From positions 1,118,455 through 1,182,454 of the forward strand of contig MU006089.1 of assembly GCA_010093705.1 (NCBI GenBank): a DNA stretch of 64,000 nt, read 5' to 3'. A program made the position numbers and the translations under genes. The first letter of the stretch is position 1; every line of letters starts with the position of its first letter. Origin of the DNA: Patellaria atrata CBS 101060 (Eukaryota). The notes beneath the pieces were generated by a model, which saw only the letters and a list, made by a program, of their open reading frames with translations, did no database searches and had not been told where the DNA came from. Shown piece after piece: positions 49,653-62,950 of this stretch.

Positions 49653-50564
49653 ATGGGAAGCCGGACTCTTCCACGTGCTTCATTTCACTTCGCCATTTCC
49701 TATATCTTTTCTACAGTCGTTTCTGCAGCCATCGTTCCCAGGAATACCGATGACAAACATGTCGCAACCCGGGTGCCGCACAGTCGGGCCGCACAAGTAA
49801 CCGGTTCTCCGGATATCGTCGATAGCACTAGGGTCTCTTCGTCCTCTTTTGTGTCAATTTCAAATATCCCTAGCTCGGCCGCATCCATTACGAACAGTAA
49901 CCCAATAGACCTAAAAACTCCTGCCTCTGCCCTTGGAATGGGTGCCATAATAGGCATAATCATTGGTGCCGTCGTGTTGCTCCAGATTATCCTCGTCTCC
50001 TGGTTCTGCATAAACAGACGAAAACGCCAGGCCCGAAAAGCTCTGGAGGCCAAAGATCCGCTCAACCTCACTGCTGCCGACATTGCTGGCTACCGATCCT
50101 ATATGAACGGCGAAAGTCCCTACGGTCAACAGAGGGCTCTCGGATCCAGGGTCTTGCGACAACCTCCACCAAATTTCGAAGCCGTGACCAAGGCCAATAG
50201 CCCCTTTGTATGGCGCGTCATTGAGAACGCAGATATTTACAACCCGAAGTACAATCCCAATGACTCGACGAATATATCCGTTGTGGATGTCGAGAAGGGT
50301 CTGGAGAAGGGTGAATCGATCATTATTGCGATGGAAATCCCCGAAGCGCCGCCCGTACCAGAATCTACGACAAACAATACTTCTAGCACGGGTCAAGGTG
50401 GCATCTCGCGGAAACCGTTGACACTTTCTGCTAGGGATAGGTTACGGAACAAGTCTGGGGATGATTTAGGGGACCTTGGAACCGCGAGGCGGTCGAGACT
50501 GTTGGGAAGAGCAAGGAGGAGCAAGCTCTATTCCATCAATGAGAGCGAGGCTACCGGGAGCTAA
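49653..50564 (+). CDS. Type I single-pass membrane protein (signal peptide, Ser/Thr-rich ectodomain; Mid2-like layout)
   Basis: Hydrophobic N-terminus, Ser-rich stretch, TM GAIIGIIIGAVVLLQIILVSWFCI followed by a basic stop-transfer NRRKR. Confidence 0.8.
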   Translation: MGSRTLPRASFHFAISYIFSTVVSAAIVPRNTDDKHVATRVPHSRAAQVTGSPDIVDSTRVSSSSFVSISNIPSSAASITNSNPIDLKTPASALGMGAIIGIIIGAVVLLQIILVSWFCINRRKRQARKALEAKDPLNLTAADIAGYRSYMNGESPYGQQRALGSRVLRQPPPNFEAVTKANSPFVWRVIENADIYNPKYNPNDSTNISVVDVEKGLEKGESIIIAMEIPEAPPVPESTTNNTSSTGQGGISRKPLTLSARDRLRNKSGDDLGDLGTARRSRLLGRARRSKLYSINESEATGS

Positions 50565-51974
50565 ACTTGTCATTCCTTTTTTCTTTCTTTTCGCTAGAGC
50601 CGAGCTCTGCATATCTCATGTATTATTGACGTTGCGTGGCTGGAACACTTTTACTTATGGTGGGGTGGTCTTCTCACTTCAATCTTTCTTATCTTATTAA
50701 TTGGCGCTTTAGGCACAAGGGGTACTGAGCGAATAGTGTAATTGGGGGGGTTGTACATAATGAGCAAAAGATATTGATGAAATAGAAAGAGATAACAATT
50801 CTTTGCTTTCACATCAATGAACCAGCACCTAGAGCCGACAACCACACCAAAACTGAATACGCAAGTTCTAGAGCCAGTCAATACTTAATTCTGATATAAT
50901 GCGTGTTGTGTACGCATATCCAAGGTACCTAGATAATACTCAGGGGGGTGAACTGAGCGCTTACTTTCCAATGCAAATGTGCCAAGCCGATGTCAAAATC
51001 GAGTCTGGAACGGAATGTGGCGTACTTAAATGTGGCTGATGAGTTCGGTTCAAGATTACATGTGTGGCAGTGCAATTCATTTTTACCGGAGCCCCGCCGA
51101 CCGCGTCCCATCCCGTCGAATCCATTTTTCGAAGCCGAGAGAGCAATGATCAAACAGTGATCATTGTTAGATGGGAAATTCAAATGGAACCTTAAGGCGT
51201 ACATGGAAGTAATTACGAACGTTCGGTTACAGGGACGCAAGAGTTTGGCGGCAAGTGGCTGATTCTTGGAGTCGATCAGGTCTTCGTGATCAACGGCCTT
51301 GTTTTGAGTCTTCTTTGACGCGTCTCAGATAACCCAGCACCATGCAAGCTCGCATCCCATTATAACGAAATCGCCAGTACCGTCCCTAATTGTCCTTCGG
51401 ATGCTACTAGTCGGCGACTCGGCGCCCAAATTTGTCAAAATAAACGGCCTTGAAAACTGCATCGAGTGCGTGGCTGCACCTAATTTCAACCAGAGGAGTT
51501 TGCTGGCAAGGGGAAGCCCTGTTTACAGTGGGACGGGAATTGGTTCATGTCCAACGTACAAGTTCCTTTCACTGCTGCCACACTTCCATCACCTTACAAT
51601 GTCAATCCTCACCCTCATTACTATACAATATTCCTATCTAAAAATTATAATTAACTGATACAACCAAGTATACCTACCAATTATTCCATGAGTAAACCTC
51701 TCGTTACTCGTAATCTGTTCCCCGGCCACCTTCGATCCTCTCTGGTGTAGCTTTGGATTACCTACAGGCATCCAGGTTACTACCTGAGCAAGGGGAATAT
51801 GATTATGGCGATGTAACTCGCTTTCTAAGAGTAGCTGCTATGCATCAGGCCCGTTCCGACATTCTACAGTCAAATCCTATGCTCTCAAGATAAACCTCGA
51901 ATTGCATCTCTGAACCCGGTTCTCTTTATATTGACTGTGAGTCTATCGGGTTCACAACTTTAGCAACAGTTGTC

Positions 51975-54900
51975 ATGGGGAATACCGGTTCAGTACCCAG
52001 CGAGCGGCACCCTCATCGACTCTCCAAACCGCGGACCAACACCAATGCGAAGTTCTCGGCTTCACGATCTGACCTACAAGTCTATGTCAACAATGACGAG
52101 AGCGAGATAATTCCTGAACATGGCCTTCAGGTTGTGGATCGGGAGTATACGGAGATACGATATGGTGTACCACAACCTAGGTCTCGGATGCGCATGTCCT
52201 TGGATAATCTGGTTCGGGAAGAAAGAGATGGTGATGGTTTAAACAGACCTGCAAAACGTTCAGAGCAAAGAATGTCACTACCCGTCTCAACACATTCGAT
52301 GTTTTCACAGAGCCCAAGTGTGAGAGGTTCTACTTCAAAAATATCTACATCCCATTGTGGCTCGAAATTATCGCTTGTCCCTGAAGATTCTCCTGTGGAT
52401 GTAGCGACTGCTCTCTCCGTTATTGATAGGCTTCGGAGAACTGCTTCACCCGAGGATCTAGACACAATACGTAAGTTATGACAGCTACAGTGGACTCGCA
52501 ATTTGACTCTCAATACTAATTTTGTATATCTCGTATAGGGCAAGCTTTGCAGCCAGAGAGCTCGCCAATAGAGCGATCACAGAGCACATGTACTCAACCC
52601 GATGAGCCCCTACAAAATTCTGCAATTGCTCTCATCCGTCGTCGGTCTTTGGCAACTCCTGGTATTGCCACAAGAGGGCCACCAGTAGATCAGCTCAGAC
52701 GGTTTGCATCGTCTTCAAATAGCTCTTCACCTGTAATCCCGAGCAATACCTGGGGATCAGAGCACTTGAACACCTTTCCGTCCCAAGTAGATACTCGGAG
52801 TAATCCTTGGATAACAGAACTGTCTAACACGCTCCCTCCTTTCCAGGTTGACGTGTCAGCTGTGGAGAATGAAGAGGAGGAACTGCCCCAAAATAGAGCC
52901 CAAACTCCCGGCGACATGGCTTACTCTCACCTTGGAGCATTGCGACTCGGATCGCTTATGATAACCAACGGCACAGCTTCGCCAGAACCAAGTATAATAT
53001 CACGCCGACTAGCGTCCCGGTGCTCAAATCTAGAAACACCTGAAGATGAGGATGCAGATTTCAAGTGGTACTCGAAATTGTACTCAGGATCTTATCATCA
53101 ATTAGAACGGCAATTCCTTAATCCTTCACAGTCCCATCCGTATTTGCGGGAGCAAGCTCTAGATTCTAGGAGAATATTGTCGGAGCCCAGTGAGAGATAT
53201 CCGATAGGTGGGGGTGTTACACCCACCTTTGCGCGTACGCAAACGAAACCTATACAAGCTCAAGAATCGCCTACACAAAGTGCTTCGCTGATTGCGAAGG
53301 AATATATTGCGGAACTCCCAACTAGTCCCTTCTCTTTTACCGGATTTGCTACTGAGGACATCACTCCAGAACATACCACCACCCGTACCATAGATAGTAC
53401 GTCCCAAGCTGCGATAGACTTACGCATAGGAGAATCCTTGTCATCTGAATATCCAAAGCAGGACCGTCCTACTAATGTAAAGTCAGACTCAGGCTATTCC
53501 TCCGGTGCCAGCTTACGAGGTTTATATTCCAATAACTACCCTCAAGCCAATCGCAGCAGGGTTTGGGATGATTTTGAAGACTTGGGTTACTGCGAGGATA
53601 TCACTACTTATGTAGAAGACAATATACCGCGAATTGAGCGCACTGTGACGGAAGTCCCCCTTCATTCAATACCGCTAAACACGCAGAAGACACCAGAGGT
53701 GGAAACGCCTAAGTCAAAACCGCTTGGACTGCGCCAAATCCGCTCACTAATTTGGAAAAAGCCACCCGCCGAGACTTTACAATCCCCCACCTTGACCGAT
53801 AACATGCACCAGTCCTCGGATAATATCGAGAAGGCTTTAGTGGTTGATGATACGCCTAAACGTCGCAAGCTCAAGAAGGCTCGATCGTGCTCTGCTCAGC
53901 CACCTATCAAGGAAAAGGATGTTCCTTCTCAAACCAAAAACATCCCTACAATTCCCGTTGATGTGGCTACGAACTTTTGGAATCGGACCTCAAGGTTTGA
54001 ATCACGATCGAACACCCACCGAGGCTTACCAGGTGAGGATTCCCGCCGGAGTTTGGATATTACATCGTTTCAAGAGCCTAGATCAGACTCATCTCTTCAT
54101 ACTCACTCTACCCGACAACAAAGTCCACCTAGACTCTCCAGGAGGCACACTATGTATCCACCTTCTGCCCCGAGACGGACACCATCGACAATGTACGATG
54201 ATGTTGGTCAAAGTACAAAATCAGCGGATCATTCTCGTCCGTATCACTATCAAGATAATCATGATGTAGTATCAACCCGGGGAATAGTTTATTCTGTACC
54301 AACTGCTAATAACTCAATCACTTCCCGATCTTCTGCAACATACGCTAGCAGAGAGTTTCCTAGGAGTCAATCAATGGTAGATATTGAAAACACCTCTTCC
54401 AAGCCCGCACTACAATCCGCCTTTATGGGTCCTGAGAATGTGGTAGAGAGTGGCCACCGTTTATCACTTCCTAAGAGCTTGACGCCGCATAGCAGATTAG
54501 GTAAGGATAGTGGTTACATCAATTATTCACGCCGGCAAAGTCCAGCTGGTGATGGTGTTGAGGGTGTTCGCGCCAACAGTTTGACAAGTATACACTCTCA
54601 TGGCAACAATCCCTCGAAAGCGGAGTTCAACCAGAGCAGCACGCCTCGACTCCAGTCATCTTCTATTGATATGAGGGAGGAGCCTGGTCAACCTGACTGG
54701 ACAAAATTTTCAGCACATTGGCGAGGGCGGCGCAAGTCTATTGCCCAAAATCTTCGTCCAGCACGTAAGAGTAGTTTCACGCAGACCGAACCAGCTACGA
54801 GCGTACCAGTTGCACGACATTCAGCTCGAGTACACACTACTCTACAACAAGATAAGAGTTCATCGCTCGTCATTTCCCGGGTGATGGGTCCGGCTCATTG

Positions 54901-55180
54901 CTCAACGCAGTCTTTAGTGTCTCCTTCGGAGTCGAAATATCAAGTGCCGGTATCAACAACGCTCAATATGAAAGCCTTGAGTGGCAATCTAGCCCACGGT
55001 CCCACCTTAGAGCCGGATCGTTACGGTGGCGGACTAAAGTATGGATATGAGTCAGAATATCGCCTCGGTGATAGTGTAGGCACGAGCTGTGTCGATAGTA
55101 GAGCAAGTGGAAAGAGCGGGGCTCATATTCCTCAAGGCCTTGATCTTTCTGGTATTCCCGTTATGGCAGTTAGAAGATAA
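51975..55180 (+). CDS. Large Ser/Pro/Arg-rich disordered hypothetical protein, probably N-myristoylated (1 intron ~52471-52538)
   Basis: MGNTGS start; motif islands RLSKP, RRRSLATPGIATR, RAQTPGDMAYSHLGALRLGSLMITNG, DSGYSSGASLR, RYGGGLKYGYE; the two ORFs join through a GTAAGT..CTAAT..TAG intron. Confidence 0.8.
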
Positions 55181-55861
55181 GGCGCAGCTTTCCATTGTTT
55201 GGATGAGGTATTACTGCTCTCGCAATATCGGTTGACGGCACATTTCGATAAATTCCACGTCTCTTAGAAACGGGTTCGACGATACACCATGAATGCATGA
55301 ACAGATAAGCGGACAATGCCAATTTGTACAATTTATACAAATTGCGGGCGTCATGAGGATTGGGTAGGTGGTTATAAGGTATTTGACAGATAGTCACAGA
55401 GTGACATTTATATCAATTTTGAACAATTTGAAGATCCCACATTGGGTGCATTACCGTATTCAATGACTCCCTAATTTGCTTATACACTAATCTGACTTAG
55501 ATAAGGTAGTCATAAACCGCTTCCTACGTCGAAATCCATCTGTCCTCGTGACGTCGCGATTGCCTATGATGGATCGCGCTTTCCCTCCTTGTTGAACACT
55601 TTAACATTTCCATTTTTCTAAACCATCAGCTAGAATTTCAGCTGAAGTACCCCACATAAGATAGCGACACAAATTGCGTCTCTTCTTACCCGTCGTTCCT
55701 AGTTCTAGCTCTCTTTACTCCCTACAACTTCTTCATCAATCCGTCTTCTCGCCCAATATTTACCTACCTTGCAGCCGTCTCATTTCCTTCACTTTCCCCT
55801 TATGCTCTACATCATCTAAAACTGTGTTCGCAAACACGCTTCATTGAGAAATTTCATCGAG

Positions 55862-58767
55862 ATGCCCGTCTTCGTGGTTTCGCTGTAGGTTAATCTTTAC
55901 ATCGAGAGTTTAGCATCACTGCTCTATTCATTCATCCATACTTACTTTACTGACCATTTCTCCTCACTTTGGTACAGTTTCTTACCTTATACGGTAGATT
56001 TTCACGATGCAACCCCAAACGAATCAACACCAGCTTCAAAACCGGAAAAGCGTCTACCCCTTCGTAACAGTTCAATTCCAGACCTCAAAAACCTATCCAC
56101 CTTGTTAACTACCCCAACGCCGCCACGGACGCCTGCAGCAACTGCGGACCACATAGAATTTTTCTCGCAATTCCAACCAAGCCCAGCGTCTCATTTCCCA
56201 CAACCCCATGTTCCCCGGTCTCTTATGCGCAGTGATCCACACGTGCCAGAATGGGGGAAAGGCGCAGTGTTCAACCAGCCTCGCTCGAGAGCCGGTCCAA
56301 CACCTCCGGATACTATTCTCGAGGCCGGAAAGGCCCAAGATCTCGCAGAACTGCAGGCACGCGCTATTGCTGGCAGTACAAAACGTTCTAGGCGTCCATC
56401 CGCCCGTGATATCAGGTCCCCTAGAGCAATGAGCAGCGAAAGGAGCCAATGGCAATCGGGATGGAGTGTAGAACCTGCAGTGGAGGGAAATGGTGGGCTA
56501 GCTAACGCGATTAGAGCTGCATCAGAGGCAGGAAGGATTGGGGATACATTCTGGGTGGGTACTATCGGCTTTCCAACAGACGTATTAGAGCAAAGCCAAA
56601 AGGACGAGATACATGAAAAGCTAGAATCCGAATACGAGGCTCTGACTGTGTTCGTCGAAGATAGTGATTTTACTGGTCACTATGTCCATTACTGCAAAAC
56701 CATCTTATGGCCATTATTCCATTATCAAATCCCCGACCACCCTAAGAGCAAGGCATACCAAGACCATTCTTGGAAGTATTATGTTACTGTGAACCAGGCC
56801 TTTGCGGACAAGATTGTAAGAAACTACAAGCGTGGGGATGTTATATGGATTCATGACTACCATCTGTTATTGGCACCTGGAATGGTGCGCAAAAAGCTTC
56901 CTGATGCGCAAATTGGATTCTTTCTCCACGCCGCATTCCCCTCATCCGAGGTGTTTAGATGCCTCGCAATGCGGAAAGAGTTGCTTGATGGTATGCTGGG
57001 GGCGAATCTTGTAGGATTTCAGACCAAAGAATATGCCCACCATTTCCTACAGACCTGTAGCCGTCTCCTTATAGTTGAAACAACCCACGAAGGGGTGCAG
57101 TTAGACCAACGTTTCGTGAACGTTGTATCTCTTCCTATCGGTATCAATCCCGAAGGACTGGGCATAGCCCGTGAGCACCCAAACGTTCTTGACTGGATTC
57201 GAGTCATAGAGGCACGTTACGAAGGGAAACGCCTCATTGTCTGTCGGGATAAGCTAGATAACGTTGGGGGAGTGAGACATAAGCTTCTGGCTTTCGAGTT
57301 ATTCTTAAACAAATACCCGGAATGGAGGGATAAGGTGAGAAATCTCCATCGCTTACAGTACGAAAACTTACCCATCTCGTCAGGTTGTCATGATACAAGT
57401 CGCCACATCTACTACTGAGAACCCAGAGCTTGCAGCTACAGTATCTGACATAGTCACAAGGATCGATTCTACTCATTCGAATCTGGCACATCAACCACTT
57501 ATTTTCCTCAGACAAGATATCCCGTTCTCCCAATACCTGGCGTTACTCTCTGTTGCGGATGCTATCATGATTACTAGTCTTCGTGAAGGGATGAACTTGA
57601 CTGCTCACGAGTACATTTTGTGCCAAGATGGCGCAAGCAGCAAGAAGAGACACGGTCCTCTCATCCTCAGTGAATTTACAGGTAGTGCTTCGATATTTGG
57701 AGGTCAAGAGCTATCTGTCAATCCTTGGGATTTCCACTGGTGTGCGGAAGCGATTAGAATCGCGCTAAGAATGGATTCGGTTGAACGCGAGCGCCGCTAT
57801 ATCAAGTTACGAGACGTAGTAATGGATCGCACAGGCGAGAACTGGTGCACGACGCTATTCGATACACTAGACAAGGTCTACAAGGAACAAAATATGCGCG
57901 ACACTATGTCAATCCCTCGGTTGGCACTTGGTCCGCTGAAGTCAAGTTACAAGGTAGCTGAGAGACGACTCTTTATCCTGGATTTTGAGGGTACTCTTGC
58001 GTCATACAGCATCGACACGAGTCTGCAGCGTGTATTCGACACTCTCAAAGAAATGACGCTGGATGACAAGAACATCGTCTATATCACGAGCGGGAGAAAG
58101 CCCGAAGACCTCGAACGTCTGTTCAACACAGTCCCTGGTCTCGGTATGATCGCAGAAAACGGATGCTTCGTGAAGGAGTCTGATAGCAACACATGGATCC
58201 AATTCCCAGACAGTCAGAAGATGAAGACTTGGAAAGAGAGCGTCAAAGGGATGCTCGACTACTATACACAGCGCATCGAAGGGAGCTACATCGAAGAGCG
58301 CCATTGCTATCTCATATTCCACTACGAGAATGCGAACGACGCTGAGAGTGCCGCGAGGCAGGCGGGCGACTGCGCGAATCATATCAATGACTCCTGCGAG
58401 AACCAGCGGATTCATGCCGTTCCGACGGAGAAAGCGCTCCTTATCGAGCCGGTGGATTGGAGCAAGGGGACCGCTGTTAAGCATGTGTTCAAGAATGCGT
58501 GCCATACGGTACCAGATTTTCTTCTGGTGGCTGGCGATGATAGGGAGGATGAGATCGTCTTTCGGTGGGCGAAGAGGCGTGCTGCGAAGGGGAATGTGAA
58601 GCATGTAACCACTGTTAGTGTGGGGAATAGGAATACTGAGGCTATGGCTACTTTGACTCAAGGAACACCCGGTAAGTGGATTGGAGACATCGACAACCGA
58701 TCACATACTGACTGATTAACCTCCAGGACTCCTTTCGGTTCTCCAGAAGCTGGTGACGGGTACGTAA
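55862..58767 (+). CDS. Trehalose-6-phosphate synthase/phosphatase complex regulatory subunit (Tps3/Tsl1-like); 3 introns
   Basis: Short first exon MPVFVVSL/FLPYT; GT20 motifs LWPLFHY, WIHDYHLLL, GFFLHAAFPSSEVFRCL, REGMNL, LSEFTGS; HAD domain with degenerate DFEGTL motif I. Confidence 0.92.
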
Positions 58768-60728
58768 AGTGCTGATGCTGTGCTCACCGAAGGGGCGCAA
58801 AAATAAACTGGGACTATGAGGGTCTACATGGGAAGATATGGGAACGGGAAGGTCGAGGATGACTGGACTGAGGTGGTGACTCAGGATGTCCCAAGTAAAT
58901 TCTATGACAATAGCTTAGATGTAGTCTATCAAACAGAAGAAAATGGAATAGTGTACTACAAACGTGATAAGAGAAGTGATGATACCATCTGAACCTTATT
59001 CATTACCATCAACCCAATAAACATTATCCTCTGGATCCAATTCATTTCCTATCCCATGCACAATCCATGACAATTGTCGAATACCGCCCGTTATGATAAG
59101 AAGAGTAGGAATGTCTGTCGATGATTTAGTCCTGCCGATCTACAAGGAAGAAAGGCAGGGTGGAGACGACAATAGGCCCTGCTAAAAGCCCGTAAAGTTT
59201 GATCTTCCACTGATTATGATGAAGTATACCTCGCAGGTCATGGGAAGACGCGGGAGGCAGGCAAATCGTGGTGTTTGAAGCAGATGTCTTCGACGGATTG
59301 GAGAAAATAGAACTCTCTCTCTGTGTGTGTTGGATGTCACTCTACGGAGTGTACCCGTTCAATTTACGATACATCATTTCTGCCCGGGAACGAGGCTAGG
59401 GGGATGACATTGAATATCATTAAGATGTCTTCCGAGGCCGGTACATGCTTTGACTCTCGTGAGCATCGTTGGTGAAGAAATTTGCTCGGTATTTACAGAG
59501 CGGAGGGAGAGAATGAGGGCAACGGTGTCTCATTCATCGTGGAAGAGCATGCTTTGAGCAATTGAGTGTCAATGTAATGAGGAAACCTTACACAACAAGA
59601 AATGTGTGGGTTTGTGTTGGGTTGTGTTCTTTGGGTGGGAGCTTAGTTCTGATGAAGGAAAGTTATTTGACGTCGCTACATCCTCGGGAAAAGTTGTGCC
59701 CCTATTCCTACTCGGTTTCCTATCACGTGCACCTCGCTTCCCGTCCCATCTTTCATCAAACCCTTCGCCTCCCCTTTTCTCACTTTTTCTCTTCACACTT
59801 CATAATCAAGAACGCATAATCAACCACCTTTCCGCTTAATGGGCTGGTCGGTCATATTGGCGTACGAGAACGAACCTTTTAGGAGGCGCTTTTAGGCTTT
59901 GTTGCCGACCGTTTTATCTGGTCTTTATGGCAATTGGAGCCACCTGCGTGCCGCACATTCTGTTATTAGATGCTATAATTCAGCAACTTAGGGATGGAAA
60001 TGGGATGCTGTAATGATTCCGTCTTGCTTGCTAGTACTCAATTGAAATGTACTCAGTCCCCTACAGAGAAAAAACGGTTTTCAACTCGGTGATGGTTGAC
60101 GGATTAAGGAAATATTTCTGTGATAGTTATGTTTGAGTACAGTAGTACGGCCGATATTGTGCCTTTTGAAGTCTCATACACATTCCTATTCATACAAATT
60201 CATATTCAAAATACAAAGCTGTATCAGAATCTCTCGCCACACTCGACCGTTACCATATGACCGTTGAGTAAATTATTTCCGCCTCACGGATGAGTTTTTG
60301 ATCTGATGGATATTGAAGGGGTTGAGGTCTCCCTAAAACGCCACAAAAGCCTTCCGACAACAGTGCACGACCACGTACTTGACTAGTGAGGTAACTTATG
60401 CGGACTGCCAACGCTGGGGTAGTCAGGAGGAGAAGATGTGCTGTACCTCCTTTCTCATAAGTTCACCTTAAGGATATCACTGTCAATACGATCACCTCCT
60501 AACCTCTCAATTGCCGAGCCCGCATCTCCTTCACCGCAAGACGAGCAATGAAGACAAACTGCTGCAGAACCTATTCGAAGTAGTTCGTGACCGTTGCGCT
60601 CTGGAAAGTACCAGTACCTCTCTGGATTGTTCTTATTATCAACTTTCCCCTAGTATACAGGATACCATCGTCGTCCTGTTTGGAATGCGACATTCTCGCC
60701 AGTTGAAACCATCAGCAACAATCGCGAA

Positions 60729-62950
60729 ATGTCTTCCGGTCTGAACAAACGGCAACAGGCGCGCAACGAGCGCGCACTTCAAGATTTGATCAAAAGCGTC
60801 CCCGGAAACGACCGATGCGCAGATTGCAGTGCGCGGAACCCAGGTATGTACACAGTGAAGTTTTGTACGTGATCCTCAAGCTGATCAGATGTTACTAGGA
60901 TGGGCAAGTTGGAGCGTGAGTCTTCTTCACCACACCAGCCGTACGCCGGCGTCGGCCAATTACGGCAGCTCTGCATAACTTCACTTCCAAGAGAGATCTA
61001 TTTGCTAATAAATTTCTCGGGCAATAGTTGGGCATATTCCTCTGCATGCGCTGCGCTGCACTGCATCGCAAACTCGGCACCCACATATCCAAAGTTAAGT
61101 CGCTGAGTATGGATAGTTGGACGAATGAACAAGTCGAGGTACATATACGCAGCTATCCTGGTTTGTTGTACGCTTCTGACATTATGCCGCATTAGAACAT
61201 GCGGCAGACAGGAAACACTAGCTCAAATCGAAAGTTCAACCCTCAGAACACCCGACCGTCCATACCGATCGATGTTGACGAGGTGGACGGAGCAATGGAA
61301 CGCTTTATCCGGCAAAAGTATGAGCATAACGCGTTATCAGGGGACTCACGACCTTCGACACGGAACAACACGGGAAGCAATAGTTCGGTAGAAGACAAAC
61401 CTCCACCTCTCCCTCCGAAGCCTAGCAAAAAATTTGGAATTGGGTTCCGGGCGGCTTCGTCTACGTTACCCAATCGTAAGACAGACAACTTTAGCCCGCC
61501 GATATCTCCTGGCATAGTCCGGTTCGAGCGAGAATCCTCGCCACCACGAGTTAATAAAGCTTCGAGAGTATTCGGCTCGACTGTAAACAACTCGCAAAAC
61601 ACCGGAGAAGATATGGAGGTCAAATTGCAGACTCTCCTTGAGATGGGATTTCCCGATGAGAAAAGAAACTCTACCGTCCTTAAAGGGTTGAACGGGAACC
61701 TGGACAAGGCAGTAGAAGCCCTTGTGAGATTAGGTGAAGGCCAAGGAAGTCGGCAAACTTCTGGGAACCAAACACCTGCTCCCGCTCCTATATCAAAGAA
61801 TGGTGATATTATTGGCATTACGATTGATCGGAGTAGACCCTCTATGGTGTCGAAAAATCCTTTCGATCGGCTCGACAACGAGAACCCGGCGCCAGCACCA
61901 CCTGTAAAGCAAGAGCTACAACAACAACAGCTGCAAAATCCCACTCCTCTCTACACTCAACATCAAATCCGTAGTTTCAGTCAAGCGTCATCTCCTATTA
62001 ATTCATTCAATCCCTTCCTTCCTCCAATTCCCCAAGGGCAGCCTATGCAGCAACTAGATGCTTCGTTTCAGAGTCTACAGATCGCGCAAAGGCAGCCACA
62101 ACAATTATTTCCCAACAACACAGGAGGCCACGGTTTTCACAATCCGCAAGCTCACAATCCTTTTCTCCAAACTTACACCCCACCGCCCGTTCCTCAAATT
62201 CCAAACAATTTTCAAAGCTCTATACTCTCAAATTCTGCATCCTTCAACTCAACCAATAGTAATCCTTTCTTGAGGCATTCTCAATCACAAAATTTCGTTT
62301 CATCGAACCCTTTTGACCAGCCACAGCAACAGCAGCAAGTTTTCAACAGTCATAGTGCTGTGGCCCAACAGCCGCCTGCAATGTACGGGAGTACACAGCA
62401 ACAGCAGCAGCAGTGGAGTCAGAGTTGGCAGCCCCAAGAGCAACAGACCCCTTTTCAGAATACGAACTATTCTGACGCCAGTCCATTCTCCGGTATTGAG
62501 TCACAGCAGACTTTCAACCAATCCAATCAATCAACCTACTCAACTATACAGTCCCAAGCACCGATCATGAGTGGATCCACGCAGTCGATGACTCCTTTTC
62601 GCAAAGAGTCTATCATGGCTCTGTATAATTACCCCCATCTTGCTCCGCCCAGAGCCACGGATAGTGCCCCAAGTACGCCTGTAGAACCATTCGGAGGCAT
62701 GGGATCAAAGCACCGCAGTGTGACTATGCCCGTTCTTGGTCCTACTAGTAACGGAACCAACCTGATTTCGCAAGCCACCCCTTCTTCTGGGACCTTAAAC
62801 CCTTTCGGCGCTGCAGCAACTATTACCGGGCCTAATGGTACATCAAGACATATGAGTAACGAAAGTGTTGATTTTGCAGGATTGATGAATCAAGCCCGAT
62901 CGCATAGTCCGGACGCATTTGCTGGTTTGAGTGCGAAATATACCCACTAA
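60729..62950 (+). CDS. ArfGAP with UBA domain and NPF repeats (Gts1/Ucp3-like); 3 introns including a 17-nt exon
   Basis: GNDRCADC...[36 protein letters not shown] zinc finger; UBA-like LLEMGF...[10 protein letters not shown]; several NPF motifs; C-terminal [10 protein letters not shown]. Confidence 0.92.

Noticed and set aside
43..58767. GPD1, GDB1 and the TPS subunit as a stress-carbohydrate cluster
   Set aside because: Separated by 16-33 kb and many unrelated genes; most likely coincidence.
58768..60728. 2-kb gap as a possible mobile element or RNA gene
   Set aside because: No terminal repeats, transposase fragments, RIP-like AT enrichment or convincing structure seen.
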